This document shows, one piece after another, positions 58,720 to 64,000 of a DNA stretch of 64,000 nt. The translations under genes were made by a program, and so were the position numbers. The notes below the pieces were generated by a model, which saw only the letters and a list, made by a program, of their open reading frames with translations, did no database searches and was not told the DNA's origin. Origin of the DNA: Lachnospiraceae bacterium (GTDB taxonomy: Bacteria; Bacillota; Clostridia; Lachnospirales; Lachnospiraceae); NCBI GenBank assembly GCA_017625815.1, contig JAGAKD010000090.1:1693-65692 (forward strand). The letters are read 5' to 3'. Numbering within the stretch: the stretch's first letter is position 1; every line of letters begins with the position of its first letter.

Positions 58720-60834
58720 CTAGATGTGAAGAACTCTACTCTTTATTTCCTTAGTCTTTCCTTCATTCCAGAAGTTATCTCCTAGGTAGCCGCAAGTTCT
58801 TCTAGTTACATTCATTTTACTTTGGTCTTTATTATGACATTGAGGACATTCCCATTCCCCTTCATCATTGATGATTATTTCTTGACTAAATCCGCAAACT
58901 TGGCAATAGTCAGATTTAGTATTAAATTCTGCGTATTGAATATTTTCATAGATAAATTCTATCATATCTTCAAGAGCCTCTATGTTCTTACTCATATTTG
59001 GTATTTCAACATATGATATACAACCACCAGTTGAAATCTTTTGGAAATCGGCTTCAAAAGATAATTTATCAAAAGCATTGATTTCTTCTCTAACGTCAAC
59101 ATGATAAGAATTAGTGTAATATCCTTTATCTGTAATATCTTTAATACTACCAAATCTAGCTAAATCTATTTTAGCGAATCTATGGCATAAACTTTCCGCA
59201 GGTGTTCCATATAGAGCAAATGCTAATCCAGTTTCTTCCTTCCAGTCAAGAGTAGCTTGTTTCATTCTTCTCATAACTTCTAAAGCAAACTCTTTCTCTT
59301 CTGTGTGAGATTTACCTGTCATTAATTTAGTCATTTCATACATACCAATATATCCAAGAGTGATAGTAGCATAGCCATCTTGTAATAATGGAAGTATTGG
59401 TTCATGTTTTCCTAATCTAGCTAATCCACCATGTTGCCAGTGAATTGGTGAAATATCAGAAGTCGCATCTTTTAATAGTTCATATCTAACCATTAATGCC
59501 TCTTTTGCTAAGGCTAATCTTTGGTCTAATATTTCCCAGAACGCTTCCATATCACCATCTGCGATTATAGCAATTTGAGGTAGGTTTAAGCTAACTACAC
59601 CCATATTAAATCTTCCTTCAAACTTATATTCTCCATTAGCATCTTTCCAAGGAGATAAGAACGCTCTACAGCCCATAGGTCCGAAGACATTTCCTTCATA
59701 AATTTTTCTCATTTCTTTTGCTGAAATGTAGTCTGGATATAATCTCTTAGCAGTACACCTAGCTGCTGCTTCAGTTATATATCTATACTTAGATGTCGCG
59801 TGAATATTGTTTTCATCTAAAACATAAACTAATTTAGGGAATGATGGTGTTACGTAAACTCCAACTTCATTCTTAATTCCTAAATGTCTTTGTTTAATGA
59901 TTTCTTCAATTATCATAGCAACTTCTTCTTCATATTCATGACCTGGCTCTATTTCTAAGAATAGAGTTACGAATGGAGATTGACCATTAGTTGTCATTAA
60001 AGTATTAATTTGATATTGAATAGTTTGAACTCCCGCTTCTAGTTCTTTTCTAAGAAGTCTATCAACCATTTCTTTTTGAAGGTTTTCAGACATTCCTAAA
60101 TCTTGAACCATTGCTTGATACTTCTTTCTGCTTAATGCTAAATACTTTCCTAAGTGTTTAACATTTAAAGTTTGACCGCCATATTGTCCACTTGAAATTT
60201 GTGCTATTATTTGTGTCATAACAGTACAAGCAACTTGGAATGATTTAGGTGATTCAACCATCTTCCCGTTAATTACAGTTCCATTGTCAAGCATATCTTT
60301 TATATTAACTAAACAGCAGTTAAAGATTGGTTGTATTGCGTAGTCCATATCATGATAGTGAATTGCTCCAGTATCATGTGCTTGAACTATATGAGCAGGT
60401 ATTAACTTTCTTCTTGCTAAGTCCTTGCTAATCTCTCCCGCAATTAAATCTCTTTGAGTTGAAGCAACTCTTGCGTTCTTGTTAGAATTTTCATTCATAG
60501 TTTCTTTGTTAGTTCCTCTAACTAAACCTAACACACTAAAATCAGTTGTATTAGTTTCTCTCTTGAAGGCTTGTACAGCTCTAAACTCTTCATACGCTCT
60601 TGCTGTTAAATCTTGTCCATAATGAATTAATCTTTGATAAACATACTTCTCTACTTGAGAAATTGTTGGAGTTTCATCTTTCTTTTCAAAGTATTTTTCA
60701 GCATCATTTGCTATTAGTCTAGCAATATCTGGTAGATAAATTCCACTTCCATTTCTCATAGCCTTTACAATTGCTTGTTTGATTTTTGTTTTGTTAAAAG
60801 GTACAGTTTGTCCATTTCTTTTAATTAAATTCAT
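58720..60834 (-). CDS. nrdD: class III (anaerobic) ribonucleoside-triphosphate reductase
   Basis: N-terminal ATP cone; NCCL, MGCR, TPAESL, YYTNSYH, CxxC...CxxC and the RRTCGYL glycyl-radical motif. Confidence 0.97.
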   Translation of the reverse strand: MNLIKRNGQTVPFNKTKIKQAIVKAMRNGSGIYLPDIARLIANDAEKYFEKKDETPTISQVEKYVYQRLIHYGQDLTARAYEEFRAVQAFKRETNTTDFSVLGLVRGTNKETMNENSNKNARVASTQRDLIAGEISKDLARRKLIPAHIVQAHDTGAIHYHDMDYAIQPIFNCCLVNIKDMLDNGTVINGKMVESPKSFQVACTVMTQIIAQISSGQYGGQTLNVKHLGKYLALSRKKYQAMVQDLGMSENLQKEMVDRLLRKELEAGVQTIQYQINTLMTTNGQSPFVTLFLEIEPGHEYEEEVAMIIEEIIKQRHLGIKNEVGVYVTPSFPKLVYVLDENNIHATSKYRYITEAAARCTAKRLYPDYISAKEMRKIYEGNVFGPMGCRAFLSPWKDANGEYKFEGRFNMGVVSLNLPQIAIIADGDMEAFWEILDQRLALAKEALMVRYELLKDATSDISPIHWQHGGLARLGKHEPILPLLQDGYATITLGYIGMYEMTKLMTGKSHTEEKEFALEVMRRMKQATLDWKEETGLAFALYGTPAESLCHRFAKIDLARFGSIKDITDKGYYTNSYHVDVREEINAFDKLSFEADFQKISTGGCISYVEIPNMSKNIEALEDMIEFIYENIQYAEFNTKSDYCQVCGFSQEIIINDEGEWECPQCHNKDQSKMNVTRRTCGYLGDNFWNEGKTKEIKSRVLHI

Positions 60835-60926
60835 TAGTAAAATTCCTCCTAGTTATTTTTATTAGAGAAGGGTGGAAGCCCTTCTAAATCAGTCATATAT
60901 TTTATTTTTTTAGTTTAATAGCCAAA

Positions 60927-61487
60927 TTATTTTTGACCAAATTTTTCAATTACAAGTCGGCTCGCCCTATCAACTAAGTCGTCTATTGAATTTTTTTCAG
61001 TATTCGCTATTGGATAAAATTCAAAATCTAATTCAGAGAAATCTTCCTCATCTGCTTTATATCTTCTAAATATTTCATCAATATCTGGACTTTCTTCTCT
61101 TTGAAGACTTCTTATTAATCTTGTTTTTCTTGGTGATACTACATATATAACAAGCAGCTCAATTCTATTGTCTTCTCTTAAAGCTCTTACTCCATCTGGA
61201 GTGAATATTCCAACATTAATTTTATTTTCATCAAGGGCTTTTAATTCAGTACCATAGAACCAATCTCTAAAGTCGCACGCCTCAACCATTTCAAAATTAA
61301 GAACTTTCTCAGCGAACTCTTCTCCTGATACAAAATAATAGTCAACTCCATCTTTTTCATAATCTCTAGGCGGTCTAGTTGTTGTTGATATTTTTTTATG
61401 AACTTGTTTGTGCTTCTCACAAAACTTATTTACTATTGTGTCTTTTCCACTTGCTGATTTTCCTATAAATGCTACAACTTTATACAT
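60927..61487 (-). CDS. gmk: guanylate kinase
   Basis: GKSASGKDT, TTRPPRDYEKDGVDYYFVS and YGT motifs. Confidence 0.9.
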   Translation of the reverse strand: MYKVVAFIGKSASGKDTIVNKFCEKHKQVHKKISTTTRPPRDYEKDGVDYYFVSGEEFAEKVLNFEMVEACDFRDWFYGTELKALDENKINVGIFTPDGVRALREDNRIELLVIYVVSPRKTRLIRSLQREESPDIDEIFRRYKADEEDFSELDFEFYPIANTEKNSIDDLVDRASRLVIEKFGQK

Positions 61488-61602
61488 AAATTATTTCTCC
61501 TTTATCTCTTAATCCAGTAGTAGTATCCCTCATATAGCTACCTCCTCTATAATTTGAGAGAAGCTATATAGTCTCTCCACATTTCTTCCTTTTTATATTA
61601 AT

Positions 61603-61631
61603 ATTATATCATAATTTTTTATAAAAATCAA
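61603..61631 (-). promoter_or_regulatory. sigmaA-type promoter upstream of the gmk leader
   Basis: TTGATT-17-TATAAT with TG extension. Confidence 0.7.
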
Positions 61632-61643
61632 ATATGGAAAGTG

Positions 61644-64000
61644 CTATTCCGCACTTCCATATCTTTCACTTCTTATTTTTATATCTCCGTCCCTAGTTAC
61701 TTCATCTATTTTATAAAGTTGATGTGTAACTGTCTTAGCATATTTCTTAGGTATAAATTGGTCTCCTCTTCTCATTCCTGTAAGCATTATCATTGAACCT
61801 CTGTTAAACCAAGATTTCTCAACTATCTTCTTAGTTCCATCTGCTTGTCTTTCAGATATTTGCTTGTCGAACATAGCAAAATATTCTGCTCTAAATTTAA
61901 CATCTACTACTCCATCTGTTGTTAGTATTGTAACAGTTGATTTAGTTTTATTTTTATCTATACAAGTACCAACTATTTTATCTAATTTGAATATTGGAAT
62001 ATTTTTGCCATTTCTCTTGAAGTAATAGTCTACAACAGGCTCTTCTGGCAAACTTCCAAAATTCTTAATTCCATATTTATTTAAGTTAACATGTGCTAAC
62101 TCATGCTCCCCATGATAGAAACATAAACTATCCATTTCCCAAGCAGACACAGTACCTTTCGCATACTTATCCCACTCAGCTTTAAATATCATTTTGTTAT
62201 ATGTATCTAAAACTGTGTCGTGGTTATTCTTCAACCATTCTCTTGCTCCATCCATAACCTTTTTATAAGTATTGTCCCAACCTTTAATCTCAATAGCTGG
62301 AACTCCATTTTCTACAAATATATCTTCTTCATTAAAGAACTCAACATAGAACTTATAGAATGGCTCTGGTAAGAAGTAAAACTTTTTACCTTTATTTATT
62401 GCTTTTAATTGCTTATTAAAGTTGAACACTCTTCTTTCAAAATCTATTTCTTGTGGAATTAAGCCTGCCTCGATTAGACCATTAAAGTTTTGAAGAGTTA
62501 GCTTTTTCTTTTTATCACAAGTCTCCCAAATATATTTTACCATTACCTTTTGTCTTGGAATATTTTCTAATTTATCAAAAGCACCACCCTTAATTAATGA
62601 AATCATAGCTTGTTTATTTGCTCCAACTTTTTCTACAAAGTCCATCATTGAAACATAAGGTCTGTTGGCAATTATCTTATGAACTAATTCATCACCAACT
62701 CCATTAACTCCTTTTAAACCAAATAGTATTTCATTATTATCAACATCTGGTTTAAAACCAAAATCTGATTTGTTTATATCAAGTAGAGAAACTTGTATTC
62801 CCCTACCCATAATTTCTCCAATGGCTTTTGCCACTTTACCATAGTCAGTAGACTTACCTTCATTATCTTCGTCTGCTGAACCAGAGTTAACTGCTAAACA
62901 AGCTGTATTCCAATAAACTGCTGGAAATCTAGTTGCTAATTCTAAAGTTTGAACTCCAACAAAAGAATAAGCTAATGAGTGAAGTTCTGAGAATCCATAT
63001 CCTAATTGCGGAGCAATTAAAGTATCCCAAAGATATCTAGCCATATTTTCATTCTTTGCTCTATCAAATATCTTAATTCTAAACTCACCAATTTTATCCA
63101 TTTGCTTTTTAGCAACTAACTTTCTTGCCGCATTACTTTCTGCTAAAGTAAAATTACAAGTATCTTTGTCCATTAGAACTGTCATTAAATCTTCTTGATA
63201 CGGAGGAACTCCATAATGTCTTTCATAGTATTCACTCATTATCTTTATATCTTCATCAATTAAACCATATGATTTAGCCTCTTGCTTCCAAAGATTTGGG
63301 TCTTTTTTCATTCTAACATATTTTTCCATAGGAGTTTCTTTTCCTGGTTCTCCCATTAGTCGCATTAACGCATTTGCCGCAGTCATTTCTCCAACATTTT
63401 GTGGTTTAACAACTTTAGCAGCTTGAAGTCCAACAGCAGTATTAAATTGGAATACATCTAATACAGTTCCTTCTCCTAATGCTTTCCATATCTCTTCTCT
63501 TTTAAGGTCTAAAACTGAGGGATGTAAATATTTATTATATAACTCTCTTAATGATAAATCTTGCTCTATTACATTATCCTTTTGTAAGAATTCTAAACAA
63601 GAAATAATCTTATCAGAAATTTCTGTTACAAGGAAGTCATACTTAATATCTCCAGCATATTCGGCATCATGTAATGAATATTGAGTTATTAAGTCTCCAC
63701 TTGGAGTTCTCATTATTGCTGCTGTTTCATAAGGAGAACCATTATAGAATACAACTCCCGCAGCATGTGATGAACGTTTATTAATAATACCTTCAATAGA
63801 CATCATAATTTCTAATAATCCATCATACTGATTAACTTCCTCAATAAAAGCTCTAATTGGCTTTCTATTCTTTTCTATATTGCCATTTATAACATCATTT
63901 AATGACCACAAGAAACCTCTTTCAGAAGGTATTAAAGAAGTCATATATTGAGCGGTATCAACATCAATTCCCTCTGGAAATTCTTCAGTTCTGTATCCTC
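61644..64000 (-). CDS. dnaE: DNA polymerase III alpha subunit (DnaE-type), 3' part; the frame stays open to the window edge
   Basis: SSHAAGVV, KYDFL, VFQF, YQEDLM, YGFSELHSLAYS, FGLKGVNGVG and C-terminal OB fold; no stop in frame upstream of the ATG at 63944. Confidence 0.93.
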   Translation of the reverse strand, partial: GYRTEEFPEGIDVDTAQYMTSLIPSERGFLWSLNDVINGNIEKNRKPIRAFIEEVNQYDGLLEIMMSIEGIINKRSSHAAGVVFYNGSPYETAAIMRTPSGDLITQYSLHDAEYAGDIKYDFLVTEISDKIISCLEFLQKDNVIEQDLSLRELYNKYLHPSVLDLKREEIWKALGEGTVLDVFQFNTAVGLQAAKVVKPQNVGEMTAANALMRLMGEPGKETPMEKYVRMKKDPNLWKQEAKSYGLIDEDIKIMSEYYERHYGVPPYQEDLMTVLMDKDTCNFTLAESNAARKLVAKKQMDKIGEFRIKIFDRAKNENMARYLWDTLIAPQLGYGFSELHSLAYSFVGVQTLELATRFPAVYWNTACLAVNSGSADEDNEGKSTDYGKVAKAIGEIMGRGIQVSLLDINKSDFGFKPDVDNNEILFGLKGVNGVGDELVHKIIANRPYVSMMDFVEKVGANKQAMISLIKGGAFDKLENIPRQKVMVKYIWETCDKKKKLTLQNFNGLIEAGLIPQEIDFERRVFNFNKQLKAINKGKKFYFLPEPFYKFYVEFFNEEDIFVENGVPAIEIKGWDNTYKKVMDGAREWLKNNHDTVLDTYNKMIFKAEWDKYAKGTVSAWEMDSLCFYHGEHELAHVNLNKYGIKNFGSLPEEPVVDYYFKRNGKNIPIFKLDKIVGTCIDKNKTKSTVTILTTDGVVDVKFRAEYFAMFDKQISERQADGTKKIVEKSWFNRGSMIMLTGMRRGDQFIPKKYAKTVTHQLYKIDEVTRDGDIKIRSERYGSAE

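Noticed and set aside
58720-64000. Inteins or introns in nrdD and dnaE
   Set aside because: Lengths and motif spacing look normal, with no intein terminal motifs in the visible portions.
1-64000. CRISPR arrays, tRNA/rRNA genes, integrase, tail sheath
   Set aside because: None recognised by eye; intergenic gaps are short and explained by promoters and terminators. A tRNAscan or Infernal run would be needed to fully exclude small RNAs.

Overview
An AT-rich 64 kb segment of a large tailed dsDNA phage, probably a long-tailed siphovirus of an anaerobic Bacillota (Clostridium-like) host. Evidence for the host: class III RNR, sigmaA promoters, strong GGAGG RBSs and an Amidase_3+SH3b endolysin. The + strand (1-54441) carries the morphogenesis region: PIN-PhoH, terminase, portal, protease/scaffold, capsid, neck, tail tube, a 2748-aa tape measure, a large Ig-like/CBM tail-fibre cluster, lysis genes and a second block of tail/baseplate-like genes. 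The - strand (54449-64000) carries DNA and nucleotide metabolism genes: RuvC, dUTPase, thymidine kinase, deoxyribonucleotidase, NrdD/NrdG, guanylate kinase and DnaE. The best-supported special feature is a group I intron (3481-4592) splitting the terminase. It carries a GIY-YIG endonuclease in the P1 loop, its own sigmaA promoter and a possible anti-RBS element. The most novel hypothesis concerns four tail proteins. Two end in Ig-like domains that lack their last beta-strand, and three begin with exactly that strand, suggesting a pilus-like donor-strand-complemented modular tail fibre. Other observations are apparent GATC/TGCA avoidance, a candidate late-promoter motif, a nested scaffold start and a dUTPase with a large insertion. 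All functional calls come from motif recognition and synteny by eye; no database searches were run.
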